Positions 17,169 to 26,372 of a stretch of 38,209 bases of DNA are shown in pieces. Positions within the stretch are counted from its first letter, which is position 1. Each line of letters opens with the position of its first letter. The notes below the pieces were generated by a model that was not told the DNA's origin, ran no database searches, and saw only the letters and a program-made list of their open reading frames with translations. A program made the translations under genes and the position numbers. The DNA is from a virus (Duplodnaviria > Caudoviricetes), in IMG/VR virus record IMGVR_UViG_3300020043_002680, positions 1-38,209 of that record, one strand, 5' to 3'.

Positions 17169-18068
17169 TTATGGGGTTTCGTCAGCGTAGAGGCGGACAA
17201 CCTTTTCGTTCTCAGTGCGGACGGCGCCGAGCATCATGGTTGAGCGGATCTGAAGCGCGTGACGACGCTGTGGCAGGATGTCCATGCGGGTCTGGCGGTC
17301 GCTCATCGCGAACTTGATGGCCGAGCTATGGAAGGCGAAGCAGCTGCGAACGTCAGCGGTGCCGCTAACAGTGCCAACTGGCAGACGCTGAGACTTCAGG
17401 AACTTGAAGCCGAGGAAGGTGTCAACCTGGCCGTCAACCAACGCCTTAACGGTGTTGAAGTCAGCGCTTGTCAGATTGGTGTCGCGCAGGAGGTCTTGCT
17501 CCTGTTGAGCACCGATGACGATGTAACGGCCCTGTGCAGGAACTTCGCTCACGTCCATGAGATACTTGGCGCGGCGGAGCTTTGCCAAGGTCATGCCGAT
17601 AGAGGTCGGAGATCCAGTCTCAGCGTAGTTGGCAGCGACGCTTTGACCAGCCGGGAAGCTGTCAGTGGTCGTGCCGTCTTCGCCGATGTAGCGGGTGGCA
17701 TCAAAGGCGGAGATGATGACGTCATCAATCGCACGGTTGAAGGCCATCGCGTGGCTCTGAACTTCGTCAGAAGTTGGCAGAACGATGGTGCCAAGAAAAT
17801 GCTTGTCCCACTCGTCGAAGGTCGTAACCTTTTCCTTTGGGCGCTGAGTCATCCAATACTTGGAGGCATCAAGCTCGCCGTCTGGAGTGTCGCCTTTGCG
17901 GGTAAGGATGTCTTGAGCTTCTGAGTCGTTCAGAAGGTTGAACCATTTCTTTTTGCCAGTGAAATCGGCGCGAGTAATGGAAGTGAGCAAACGGGAATCC
18001 ATCTGCTGAAGAACTTGGTCGAACGACGTTTGGAAAGTCGTCGGATAGAATGTGTCAATGGTGGCCAT
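17169..18068 (-). CDS. major capsid protein
   Basis: 299 aa after the scaffold gene; LQQMDSRL...AFNRAIDDVII...SADFN.VKALVDGQVDTFLGFKF...GAVRTENEKVV. Confidence 0.85.
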   Translation of the reverse strand: MATIDTFYPTTFQTSFDQVLQQMDSRLLTSITRADFTGKKKWFNLLNDSEAQDILTRKGDTPDGELDASKYWMTQRPKEKVTTFDEWDKHFLGTIVLPTSDEVQSHAMAFNRAIDDVIISAFDATRYIGEDGTTTDSFPAGQSVAANYAETGSPTSIGMTLAKLRRAKYLMDVSEVPAQGRYIVIGAQQEQDLLRDTNLTSADFNTVKALVDGQVDTFLGFKFLKSQRLPVGTVSGTADVRSCFAFHSSAIKFAMSDRQTRMDILPQRRHALQIRSTMMLGAVRTENEKVVRLYADETP

Positions 18069-18074
18069 GATAGG

Positions 18075-18210
18075 GCGTAAGATTGGAATTTGAGTGAAAG
18101 CTAACCGTGTGATTAGCAGGAAGAGTCGTGTCTCCCGTCTTCTTGGTTTTCCGCTTTCGCGGGCCTCAATTTCGGCTTACGGCTTGTCCTTTCGGGGCCG
18201 TTGTTACCCT
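18075..18210 (-). promoter_or_regulatory. structured 5' leader of the capsid gene
   Basis: Two GAAA-tetraloop hairpins with A-rich internal loops, plus further stems. Confidence 0.5.
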
Positions 18211-18240
18211 AAATTCTCACATCTGAGAAAAGATGCAAGC

Positions 18241-18274
18241 AAAAAAAACGGCCCCCATTTCTGAGAGCCGTTTT
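18241..18274 (-). terminator. intrinsic terminator after the scaffold gene
   Basis: AAAACGGCTCTCA-GAAA-TGGGGGCCG followed by T8 on the minus strand. Confidence 0.75.
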
Positions 18275-18340
18275 CTTGAGGGTATTGTAGCCTAAGCCTA
18301 TTCCGTGTGCTGGCCTCATTAAAGGCACGCCCTTCTCAAA

Positions 18341-19183
18341 TCATTTCTGCGATGCGTTGAAAAGCCCCTGAAGTCTGGCAAGCGCAGACTGTTGAGCTTC
18401 TGGCCCGTTCTTTCCTTGAAAGTCGTCGGAGCCTTGAATCTTAGTCATCTGCTCGCGATACGTCGCGGTGCTGTCAGACTTCACAAGACCCTTGTCGTCG
18501 CCGATCATCTCATCGAAGCGCAGTGCAGCGCGGATGAAATGCGGATTGTTGCCCAGTCCGCTAGCTTCCAGATCGACGCCCAGGGCGGTAGCGCCACGGT
18601 TAGCACGCTGCCAGTTGTCTTTAGCGTTGTCCTTCCACTCGGCATTGAGTTCAGCCACCATCGCGTCCACCTGCTCTTGTTGCATGGCCTGCGACTTCTC
18701 CACTAGGCCGCTTATATTCTCATTATTGAGATCAATCAGTTCTTGAAGCGCTTCAGGCGGAACGCTGTATTTGTGGGCAATGGATGCAGCCTTCCCGGCT
18801 AGTTCAGCATTCCACTCGACGCCTTCCGGCAGCTTGTCAGGAGCTTTCAAGCCGTAATCTTCCGGCTTCTCTGGCGCTCCTGTGAACTTGCGGAGGTCTG
18901 CAAAATACTTGGCTTGATCCTCTGGCGATGCGTCAGCGCCGGGTTTCTTTGGTGCCTGCGACTTCGAGGAGAATGCTTTCTCCAAGTTGGCGTAGCTGAT
19001 GGCTAGCTGATCTAGCTTGGCCTCGCCCTTCTGTGCATCCCAAAACTTTTCAGGGATGAAATCGGGCCGCTGATTGGTGGATGGCGCGGACTCTATTGGC
19101 GGCGAGGGTGTCGTGTCGGTTGTGGTGGCAGACTGCTGTTGCAGTGCTGTCTCCGCCGTTTGTTGTGTTGTGTCGGTTTCCAT
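18341..19183 (-). CDS. capsid scaffolding protein
   Basis: RPDFIPEKFWD...LAISYANLEK...APEKPEDYGL; acidic; precedes the capsid gene. Confidence 0.8.
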   Translation of the reverse strand: METDTTQQTAETALQQQSATTTDTTPSPPIESAPSTNQRPDFIPEKFWDAQKGEAKLDQLAISYANLEKAFSSKSQAPKKPGADASPEDQAKYFADLRKFTGAPEKPEDYGLKAPDKLPEGVEWNAELAGKAASIAHKYSVPPEALQELIDLNNENISGLVEKSQAMQQEQVDAMVAELNAEWKDNAKDNWQRANRGATALGVDLEASGLGNNPHFIRAALRFDEMIGDDKGLVKSDSTATYREQMTKIQGSDDFQGKNGPEAQQSALARLQGLFNASQK

Positions 19184-19188
19184 AGGAA

Positions 19189-19581
19189 TTAGATGCCGTT
19201 AGCCTTGCAGAACTGAGAGTAAGTGTCATTGCCGTAGCTGTTCACAAAGCACCGAGCGAAGTATTGCGTGCCGGGTGTGCCGAAATCGGCAGGAACGTCA
19301 AAAGTAATGCCTGCCGCTAGATCATCACAACTAGCGGCAGGCTCCATCGCCGAGTCAGTCCCGGGCAACTGCGGCGTGGAAATTGGTTCAACCGTCAAGC
19401 ATTCTTTGTCAGTTGGCGCGTCTGCGACTTCAAAAGTCAGTCCGGCAATACCTGCGGCTTGGCGAATCTGCCCAACAATGCGCGGCGCTGGCTTGGCCTT
19501 CATCCATGCGGTTTCGCCGATGATGCTGCCGATTATTTCGCCGTCGCGGTCAATTTGATTGTCTTCTGTGATCGTAATCAT
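19189..19581 (-). CDS. hypothetical protein
   Basis: 130 aa, ATGA-coupled within the head operon. Confidence 0.65.
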   Translation of the reverse strand: MITITEDNQIDRDGEIIGSIIGETAWMKAKPAPRIVGQIRQAAGIAGLTFEVADAPTDKECLTVEPISTPQLPGTDSAMEPAASCDDLAAGITFDVPADFGTPGTQYFARCFVNSYGNDTYSQFCKANGI

Positions 19582-19859
19582 GTCTCTTGTTCTTTAGGTT
19601 TCTCAGTCTCAGGAATGCCCTTCAGGTGCATGGTGAATAGCCACCGAAGTGGCTCTTTCTGTCCTTCTCGGAATGCTGCTTTGACTGCATCGCCACCTTG
19701 CTCAAAGGCAGGATTCAGGATGCCGCCCACGTCAGCATTCAAGCTGCGGAACACTAGCTGGAAGTCGTCTTTGTCGAAAAGTCGGAGCGTTGCTTTAAGA
19801 ACGTCTTTCTTCTCGGCGTCGCTAAGTGGTTTTAGGAGTTCTGCGGTTGCGGGTGTCAT
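19578..19859 (-). CDS. small head-module protein (Bbp19-like)
   Basis: 93 aa after the portal; LF...DFQLVF..L...AAFREGQK motif. Confidence 0.6.
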   Translation of the reverse strand: MTPATAELLKPLSDAEKKDVLKATLRLFDKDDFQLVFRSLNADVGGILNPAFEQGGDAVKAAFREGQKEPLRWLFTMHLKGIPETEKPKEQET

Positions 19860-19882
19860 GTGATGATGCGCGGCGTTGATGA

Positions 19883-21562
19883 TTACGCCCCGACTAATTC
19901 CTTCACTTTGTCGATGCCGCCAGCATTATTTACGGCGCTGCCCATCTCCTTAGCCATCATCGCGGCCTGTTGCATTTGCTGTTGCTGTGCTCGTTGTTGC
20001 TGGATGGCTTCAACGTCTTCACGCTTGCGGAGCAGCCCTTCAGGAGCGCCAACAAGGCGGGACTTTTCGCGGATGTAGAAGCCCGTATCAATATTGTCCA
20101 TGATCGTAGGATCAGCTGGAGCCATTGCCATTGCGGTCTGCATGACTTCATCAGCGCCGCGAGCATTCCACGAATCAATGGCCATCGCTAGGCGTGAGGT
20201 CAAAGCGATCTCTGGATCAGCAACCTGCACAAAGCCACGGCCTACAAGCTCGTATGCTTCCTGCGGAGGTGGAGGCAGCAAGCCATTCTCGGCGCAAAGC
20301 TCGAAGGCACGGCGTAAATGCGGCTCAATCGTCTCTCTCACGTCGCGGTGATAGATCGGCCCCACAGTGTCCAGCTTCTCGCCTGCTCGCTGCGCTACCT
20401 CGTATGCGGTCATCTCGCGATCAATGCTTGCGAACATCTGGAACATATCGAGCGAGCAAAGACGTTTAATCATGTCTTGACGCATTCGCACACGCTCCAA
20501 GGCAACTGACCATTCACCAGTGACAGGCACCTGATAAACGCTTTCCGGCCCCATGCCAGAAGGGTAATAGTTCAGCGCCCGTGCTGCCGTTTTGAGCGAT
20601 CCCTCAAACGTATCTGGCACCATCATCGGCGGAAAGACTTGCTTCTCCGCGAAGACATCCATCATCTGCTGGATGAAATTTAGCTGCCTAGCTTCCGGCA
20701 GAATGGCGAATCCCGGGCCGTAGCCCCATCCCGCTGAGCCGACGATTGAGTCGTAGCTCAGATAACGGCCAACGGTGAAGGGAAATCCATCGTAGCCGCC
20801 TTCTTGCACCATCTTCTGACTCTGCATCTCGACATAAGCGCTGAGATACTTTTTCCGAGTCTTCACGTTGTAGCCATACGCGCCAACTTTGGACGGCTCG
20901 CGAGGCTCCACGATATGGATGAAGTCAAAGCGCTTGGACTTATCGCCACCTTCCAGTAGGCAGTCAGAGATTACCTTCGGCATGTTTTCCTCGCCGAACT
21001 TCTGTCGTGCCTGTTCTGCCGTGAGGTCAAACTCACGAATGAACCGGTAACACTTGCCAAACGGGTCAAGCTCAAAGACGTAAGTGCCGATCTTGATCTT
21101 CTCAAAGCGCAGTCGGTTGCCCTCGCCCATCTCGGAGAAAATGGCAGTAGTGCCAAAATTCCAGAGGTCAGCGACGGATTCTAGGCGTTCAAGCTGGAAG
21201 TTGGATCGGCTGTTAATCTCCTGATTGAGAATCTGCGAGCATTCCGAGAGCCATCCCTTCACCGAGTCGTCATTCCTAAGCTTCAGATTCGGCTTTAGTG
21301 CAAGCCACGGTTGAGACGCCGGAGTTGTCCATGACGTGTAAGCAGCTACAGCGCGTTGCACCGAATCCGTGGCCGTGGCGTCGTAAATTTGAGCCTCGAC
21401 GTTAGAGTCGGGCATGTAGCGTTTAGTCGTAATCCCTGCCTTGCGTGGCGAAACGTAATTGGCGATGTCCTGCCAGATCTGATCTTGCGTTGCTACGCGC
21501 TGATCTTTAAGCCGTTGATAGCACTTCAGCCATCTTTTCGTCTGGTCGGTGCCTTCGTCCAT
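19883..21562 (-). CDS. portal (head-tail connector) protein
   Basis: 559 aa; WQDIANYVSP...IYDATA...FGT...GYGPG...MTAYEVAQRAGEK and a Q-rich C-terminus. Confidence 0.92.
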   Translation of the reverse strand: MDEGTDQTKRWLKCYQRLKDQRVATQDQIWQDIANYVSPRKAGITTKRYMPDSNVEAQIYDATATDSVQRAVAAYTSWTTPASQPWLALKPNLKLRNDDSVKGWLSECSQILNQEINSRSNFQLERLESVADLWNFGTTAIFSEMGEGNRLRFEKIKIGTYVFELDPFGKCYRFIREFDLTAEQARQKFGEENMPKVISDCLLEGGDKSKRFDFIHIVEPREPSKVGAYGYNVKTRKKYLSAYVEMQSQKMVQEGGYDGFPFTVGRYLSYDSIVGSAGWGYGPGFAILPEARQLNFIQQMMDVFAEKQVFPPMMVPDTFEGSLKTAARALNYYPSGMGPESVYQVPVTGEWSVALERVRMRQDMIKRLCSLDMFQMFASIDREMTAYEVAQRAGEKLDTVGPIYHRDVRETIEPHLRRAFELCAENGLLPPPPQEAYELVGRGFVQVADPEIALTSRLAMAIDSWNARGADEVMQTAMAMAPADPTIMDNIDTGFYIREKSRLVGAPEGLLRKREDVEAIQQQRAQQQQMQQAAMMAKEMGSAVNNAGGIDKVKELVGA

Positions 21563-21567
21563 ATAGT

Positions 21568-21843
21568 TTAGCGAGTAGTAGGCATTTGGAAGCCGTAGGG
21601 ATTCTGAACAGGCTTAGGCTTTGGCCTTGTGTTAATCATCACGCCCTCGCCACCAGTGCCGAGACTGCCGATTGATCCAAGCGCCGTGCTAGGCGCGAGA
21701 GGATTCGCGGGGTTGATCGTCTTTTGCAAGCCTTGCCGACGATTAGCGCCGATGAACGCCTGCTCTCCTGCGGCTGTATCTGCCCTTACTGGAGCAGGTG
21801 ACGGTGGCGGTGATTTAGGTTTATCTGGTTTTGAGCCTCCCAT
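21568..21843 (-). CDS. small proline-rich protein preceding the portal
   Basis: MGGSKPDKPKSPPPSP start, typical of the pre-portal gene in podovirus-like modules. Confidence 0.65.
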   Translation of the reverse strand: MGGSKPDKPKSPPPSPAPVRADTAAGEQAFIGANRRQGLQKTINPANPLAPSTALGSIGSLGTGGEGVMINTRPKPKPVQNPYGFQMPTTR

Positions 21844-21860
21844 AATTGCGCGATTCTCTC

Positions 21861-22187
21861 TCACTTTTGAGAAGTCGCAAGCCTTTTTATGATCCTGCCG
21901 TATGGAATCCAGTGAACCTTTCCGCCTTCAGATCGGCAAAAGCCAAGCCAACGGCGCTTATCTCTGAGCGGGTCAATGCTGACGAAGTCGTCTAGATTGC
22001 CAACGGCCAGAGTGACGAAGACGCCAAACTCCGAGTATTCGCCAAAGTCTCGTGCCGTGTCCATCGCGCAAATAAAGCATTCCGGCGATGAATAGACATA
22101 ACCCTCTCGCAAGTGGTCATTCATCATCCCGTTGAAATCCATTCCCAGATCGACGGCTATTTGATGGGCTTCTTGGAATGGTGTCAT
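21861..22187 (-). CDS. hypothetical protein
   Basis: ATGA-coupled start (MTPFQEAH...), 108 aa. Confidence 0.6.
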   Translation of the reverse strand: MTPFQEAHQIAVDLGMDFNGMMNDHLREGYVYSSPECFICAMDTARDFGEYSEFGVFVTLAVGNLDDFVSIDPLRDKRRWLGFCRSEGGKVHWIPYGRIIKRLATSQK

Positions 22188-22480
22188 CTCTGGTATCGCG
22201 GCTTGAAGTTGTGCAGGCGATATACCTGGACGGCAGATTCGCTGCATTTGAGGATTTTGGAAATGGCCCAGTTTGAATGGCTCGCCCATGCCTTGTCACT
22301 AATCTGCGGCAGCTGCTCTTTGAGTCGTGTTCGCGTGGTCTTGTCTGGGGCCCTAGGTGCTCCAATCCGTCGCCGTGCCGTGGTTACTGTGCGTTCGCAG
22401 CATCCAAGCTGCTTAGCGATTACCTCGTTTGTTTGGTTCCAGTCCGTGACGCTACTAAAGTCAATGCGGTTGTAGAGCAT
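22184..22480 (-). CDS. two-unit HTH-like DNA-binding protein
   Basis: DWNQTNEVIAKQLGCCERTVTTARRR; similar to 276-560. Confidence 0.7.
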   Translation of the reverse strand: MLYNRIDFSSVTDWNQTNEVIAKQLGCCERTVTTARRRIGAPRAPDKTTRTRLKEQLPQISDKAWASHSNWAISKILKCSESAVQVYRLHNFKPRYQR

Positions 22481-22495
22481 GTGATGATGATTTTA

Positions 22496-22636
22496 TTATT
22501 GTTCTTGTTCTATTGGCTCGCGCCTGCGTGATGAATGAGTGCGATTGCCTCGACAATATGGACAGCTTCCGTGATTCCGGCAAGTCCTATCGAATCTACG
22601 GCTTTTGCGATATGGCTTTTTGATTGTCCTGCTCAT
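22496..22636 (-). CDS. 46-aa basic Cys/His protein (not in the ORF track)
   Basis: MSRTIKKPYRKSRRFDRTCRNHGSCPYCRGNRTHSSRRREPIEQEQ; ATGA overlap with the TerL stop; fills the gap. Confidence 0.7.
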   Translation of the reverse strand: MSRTIKKPYRKSRRFDRTCRNHGSCPYCRGNRTHSSRRREPIEQEQ

Positions 22637-23934
22637 GTCTGTTGCCATTCCTGTCTCCTGCGCGGCCCTTCCGGCGAGTTGTAGCCGGGAATCAAACCGA
22701 GCCTATCAGCTTCAGCCATAGTCCTAACGCCGTCAGCGACGTGAGAGGCCCAAGTGTGAAGCGGGACATTGCGAACGACGCCGGATGATGAGTCTGGCGC
22801 TTGCTCGTATGCCTTTAAACCTTTCACCCCAGTTTCACAAGCTGGCAAGCGAAACTCAAAAGTTGGCATTAGTCCCATAACGTAGTCGATGCCTTGCCAA
22901 ACGTCGGGAATCACTGGGACAATGACTAAATTCTTGAATCCTGCCTGCATCGCATCGGACTCAAAGGTAACGCCGTTTCGCTGCGTTTGGCGTGCATCGT
23001 GCGGCAGGTAATGCTTCCCGTATTTGTAACCCTTGGCTTCCATGTGCGCGTATCGCTCTACAATCGTGAGCGGTAAGCCAATGTCACAATCAATCCAACG
23101 CCAGTGACCAAAAGCCGAGCGTTGACCATACCACACCGTTGTGTTGCGCGGCCCTCCTAAGTCCCAGAATGTATGAACCGGCGAACGTCCATCAATCGGG
23201 AACTCTCCAATCCTTCCCTCTGCTGCCGCTGCCGTCATGTATCGGCCATAGATTGCGTTCTCGTTGGCAATGTTGAAATCACAATAGAACTCCTGCCTGA
23301 TTAGCGGCTCAGACATCCCTGAACGGCGCTCCTCGTCAATCTGCTCCTCACTGATGGCCTTTGTGTCTTCCACGCTTAAGACCTGGGTGAACCATGTCGG
23401 ATTAGTTTTAACCGTCTTCAACATGTCAAAGAAGTGATTTTCTCCGCGAGGCGTCCCGTTGAACCATGCAAATCCTCCGTTCTCTGCCAAGATCGGGCGC
23501 GTGTAATCCCACGCCAGAGGATTCTGATTTTGAAACTCCGAGAACACAACGCCGTAGTAGTTACCGCCCACAACGTCCAAGTTGTCAGTGCCTAGAATCT
23601 GGATCGTTGAGCCGTTGATTAGCTCGATTCGCATATCCGTTTGATTCGGAGGCTTAGCGAGCAATTCTTTCGGGATGTGGTCGATGACGCGCATCCCATT
23701 ACTCACGTCCACGTTCAACCAGAGAGCTTTCCGGCCTAGCGCGGCAGTCGGAAAGTAATAACTGTAATTTGCCTTCGTCTCAATAGCTCGGCAAATCAGC
23801 TTCGTGAAACAGAGCTTGTCCTTTCCCGCCCTTCGATGAAACACCATGAGGCAGCGCTTATGAGTGTCCATCGCCCGCCACATTGGAAGCTGGTAATCTC
23901 GTGGCGTGAACCGATGAGGCAGTTCGATGGTCAT
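22633..23934 (-). CDS. terL: terminase large subunit
   Basis: PRDYQ, HRRAGKD Walker A, VVFSEF Walker B, GTPRGENHF, QEFYCDF, WDLG, LPHDA, SHVADG nuclease motifs. Confidence 0.92.
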   Translation of the reverse strand: MTIELPHRFTPRDYQLPMWRAMDTHKRCLMVFHRRAGKDKLCFTKLICRAIETKANYSYYFPTAALGRKALWLNVDVSNGMRVIDHIPKELLAKPPNQTDMRIELINGSTIQILGTDNLDVVGGNYYGVVFSEFQNQNPLAWDYTRPILAENGGFAWFNGTPRGENHFFDMLKTVKTNPTWFTQVLSVEDTKAISEEQIDEERRSGMSEPLIRQEFYCDFNIANENAIYGRYMTAAAAEGRIGEFPIDGRSPVHTFWDLGGPRNTTVWYGQRSAFGHWRWIDCDIGLPLTIVERYAHMEAKGYKYGKHYLPHDARQTQRNGVTFESDAMQAGFKNLVIVPVIPDVWQGIDYVMGLMPTFEFRLPACETGVKGLKAYEQAPDSSSGVVRNVPLHTWASHVADGVRTMAEADRLGLIPGYNSPEGPRRRQEWQQT

Positions 23935-24296
23935 AACTTTCTAATCACAATCTCACTCACGCCGGAATGCTCCACCTTTTCAGGCTCATTCCATCCGGTC
24001 ATGCGAGCGATGATCTCAGCGGCTCGAAGTTGTTCGGCTTTAACCTCTTCCACGCCATCGACGGCACGCCAGAGGAAAGCATAAAGCTCCTCCTTTTTGC
24101 GCTCACTTTTAGCGGCAGTCACAGCGCGGATTTCCTCAATTCTAGCCTTCATACCATTAATTACCATAAACGAAGCAGAGTGAGCGTCAGCATCTTTCGT
24201 CTTCCCAGTTGCCTCTCTCCACGCAGCGGAAGCATTGCCAGAGACAGCATAAAGCTGTGCAAATCGTTCGTGCTTAGGATTCTTTAGTGCTGGCAT
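23931..24296 (-). CDS. terS: terminase small subunit
   Basis: LKNPKHERFAQLY...GNASAAWREA N-terminal HTH and EKVEHSG C-terminus; directly upstream of terL. Confidence 0.8.
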   Translation of the reverse strand: MPALKNPKHERFAQLYAVSGNASAAWREATGKTKDADAHSASFMVINGMKARIEEIRAVTAAKSERKKEELYAFLWRAVDGVEEVKAEQLRAAEIIARMTGWNEPEKVEHSGVSEIVIRKL

Positions 24297-24297
24297 A

Positions 24298-25578
24298 TCA
24301 ATTAAAGTCTTCTCTGATTTCTTTGAAAGTAAAGGTAGGCCCTGAAAATGCCAGCGGAATTGTCCAATTGCGTGCGCCGCCTCGGTTCTTGTCACAATAC
24401 AATCTGCGCTGAGTTTCGTCTGATACGCCATCAACCTCGACTTTTGAGATAATGAACACGCTATCAGCATTCTGACCAATGGCCCGAGATTCGCGTAATT
24501 TACCGTAATCGTTTAGCTGTGAAGCTGTGAGGATGTGGCAACCGCTGCGACGTGCTGCATTCTTCATGCGTCTGGATACGCTAGAAACGATTTCTTCCCG
24601 AGTTGCGCCCTTGCGTCCCTCTTCCTCAAGAAGCTGGAGATAATCGACAACGGCTAAATCGTAGCCGCCTTGTTCGATGTCGGCCAAGATGTCTGATGCC
24701 GTAGCATTGTCGGTGTCGATCAAATCACAACCTAGGTCTGAAAGCTCACGAATTGACCGCATAAGCATATCCTGCTGACCTCGAGTCATTAGGCCATTGT
24801 AAAGCGAGGCATTATCAACGCCGCTGTCTTCGCTCAATATTCGCAAGGTCTGCTCTGTAATCGGCATTTCTAGCGAATACCACGCCACCTTAGCACCTGA
24901 TCTCAGCGCATTTCTCGCGCAGTTTTGCATGATAGCGCTTTTGCCGTCGGAAGGCAGGCCCGCAAATACAGTGACGCGGCCTTTCTGAAGTCCTCCGCAT
25001 TTCTTGTCCATCGTATCAAACCCAGTTGTGAATCCTGCTAATGCGCCCCCTTTGCTCATTCGTTCCTGTATCTCGTCCATCGTTTGATCCATTGCCGTTT
25101 TCAATGTTACCCGTGACAGTTTGCGAATTGTTGATTTTGCCACGGATTCCAGCGCTTCCTGAGCCTGCTCAATCGCGTTAGCGATGCTAATGCTTGAATC
25201 TTGGAATATGGCCAGTGCTTTGGAATGCGCTTCGATGTGGCACCGAGCAAGATACTTGTCAGTAACGATGCGCTTGTATTCGAGATAATGAGCCGGACTT
25301 GGAACGTAACAGAACAACTCTGAAAGGTAAGAGTCACCTCCGACGCGTTCCAATTCACCAAGGCTGCGAAAGTGAGAACCCAGGATGATTGGGTCAATGG
25401 GACTCCCTGAATCGTAAAGGGTAACAAGAGCGGTAAAAATACGTCTGTGCTTTTCAAGGTCAAAAGCTGAAACATTCAGGCTGTTCCTAGCCTCTCCGAT
25501 TCGATTGACTGGATCTTGAAGAAAGCATGAGAGAAGCGATGATTCAGCCTCGTGTGATACTGGCATGTTCATAAGCAT
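24298..25578 (-). CDS. dnaB: DnaB-like replicative helicase
   Basis: EAESSLL N-domain, TGF..MD...GGLQKG, GLPSDGKS, SLEM, VDYLQL, ASQLN, LRESRAIGQNAD, KNRGG. Confidence 0.92.
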   Translation of the reverse strand: MLMNMPVSHEAESSLLSCFLQDPVNRIGEARNSLNVSAFDLEKHRRIFTALVTLYDSGSPIDPIILGSHFRSLGELERVGGDSYLSELFCYVPSPAHYLEYKRIVTDKYLARCHIEAHSKALAIFQDSSISIANAIEQAQEALESVAKSTIRKLSRVTLKTAMDQTMDEIQERMSKGGALAGFTTGFDTMDKKCGGLQKGRVTVFAGLPSDGKSAIMQNCARNALRSGAKVAWYSLEMPITEQTLRILSEDSGVDNASLYNGLMTRGQQDMLMRSIRELSDLGCDLIDTDNATASDILADIEQGGYDLAVVDYLQLLEEEGRKGATREEIVSSVSRRMKNAARRSGCHILTASQLNDYGKLRESRAIGQNADSVFIISKVEVDGVSDETQRRLYCDKNRGGARNWTIPLAFSGPTFTFKEIREDFN

Positions 25579-26267
25579 GATTGAGGGCGGATTGGTTGAG
25601 CTTTCGGTTTTGGTTTCTCGTCCTCGTAGCGTTTTGAATTAAGGTAGCTGGCAGGATATGGAATGTATTGTCCTGAATCTTTAGTCCAGTCTTCAGACGT
25701 ACGTTGCCAGTCTAAAGCATTAAGAACGGTAATGAGGTCTGGTTTGATTTTGTTCCATGCTTTCAGAGCGTCTGATTTAGCGGTCTTTCTTGGATATGCT
25801 GTCCAAAATTCCTCAAAACCTTCCCAATCCGAAGGATGTCCCTTCCCTTCCTTGTTCCCTTCCCTTCCCTTCCCTTCCTCCTTGGAGTCCTCCAAGATAA
25901 TTCCAAGATCATTCTTGGAGCCTTCTTGGAATACGCTGGAAGCCTTGAGTTTACTTGGATTCGGCTTGTCCACCCTTTGATGCTTAGCAAAGTTCTTGAT
26001 CCTACCAATAGACCTTCCTTGATCATCTTTGCCCAGGTCAATCCACCCTACGCTGGAAAGGTCTTGGAGTGCTCTTGGAATCTTCGTGGAATCCTCCAAG
26101 AATGGAAAGACCTGTCCACGAATCAGCACTGGATTGGCTAGGAAGTATCCTTCATCGTCTGCCCAGTTGAGCAGAGCAATGGCAAGTAATCGCGTGAACT
26201 CAGACTTACTACACAATCCTTCGTGCATCCAAAATTCAGGCTTAATGGTTCGTATTCTCATAAGCAT
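25569..26267 (-). CDS. phage replication initiator (start at 26267 or 26261)
   Basis: RIRTIKPEFW...ADDEG N-terminus and FEEFWTAYPRK...YIPYPASYLN C-terminus; upstream of dnaB. Confidence 0.8.
   Translation of the reverse strand: MLMRIRTIKPEFWMHEGLCSKSEFTRLLAIALLNWADDEGYFLANPVLIRGQVFPFLEDSTKIPRALQDLSSVGWIDLGKDDQGRSIGRIKNFAKHQRVDKPNPSKLKASSVFQEGSKNDLGIILEDSKEEGKGREGNKEGKGHPSDWEGFEEFWTAYPRKTAKSDALKAWNKIKPDLITVLNALDWQRTSEDWTKDSGQYIPYPASYLNSKRYEDEKPKPKAQPIRPQSCL
25840..26100. repeat. iteron-like repeats, putative replication origin inside the initiator gene
   Basis: CTTGGA/TCCAAG at 25881, 25891, 25902, 25914, 25925, 25954, 26063, 26074, 26095; CCCTT tract at 25840-25880. Confidence 0.6.
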
Positions 26268-26372
26268 AAAAAACCCTCAACTCTACTCGCCATGTGGACC
26301 CCGCCTATGACGGCACGGTGAGCAGAATTGAAGGATTTTTGATTCATAGGATGTAATGCCGCAGGGGTCCAA
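26268..26372 (-). promoter_or_regulatory. structured leader/attenuator upstream of the replication initiator
   Basis: About 23-bp G-U-containing stem ending in U6; its loop is complementary to upstream segments. Confidence 0.6.

Noticed and set aside
17259-17924. 221-aa plus-strand ORF
   Set aside because: Antisense shadow of the codon-biased capsid gene
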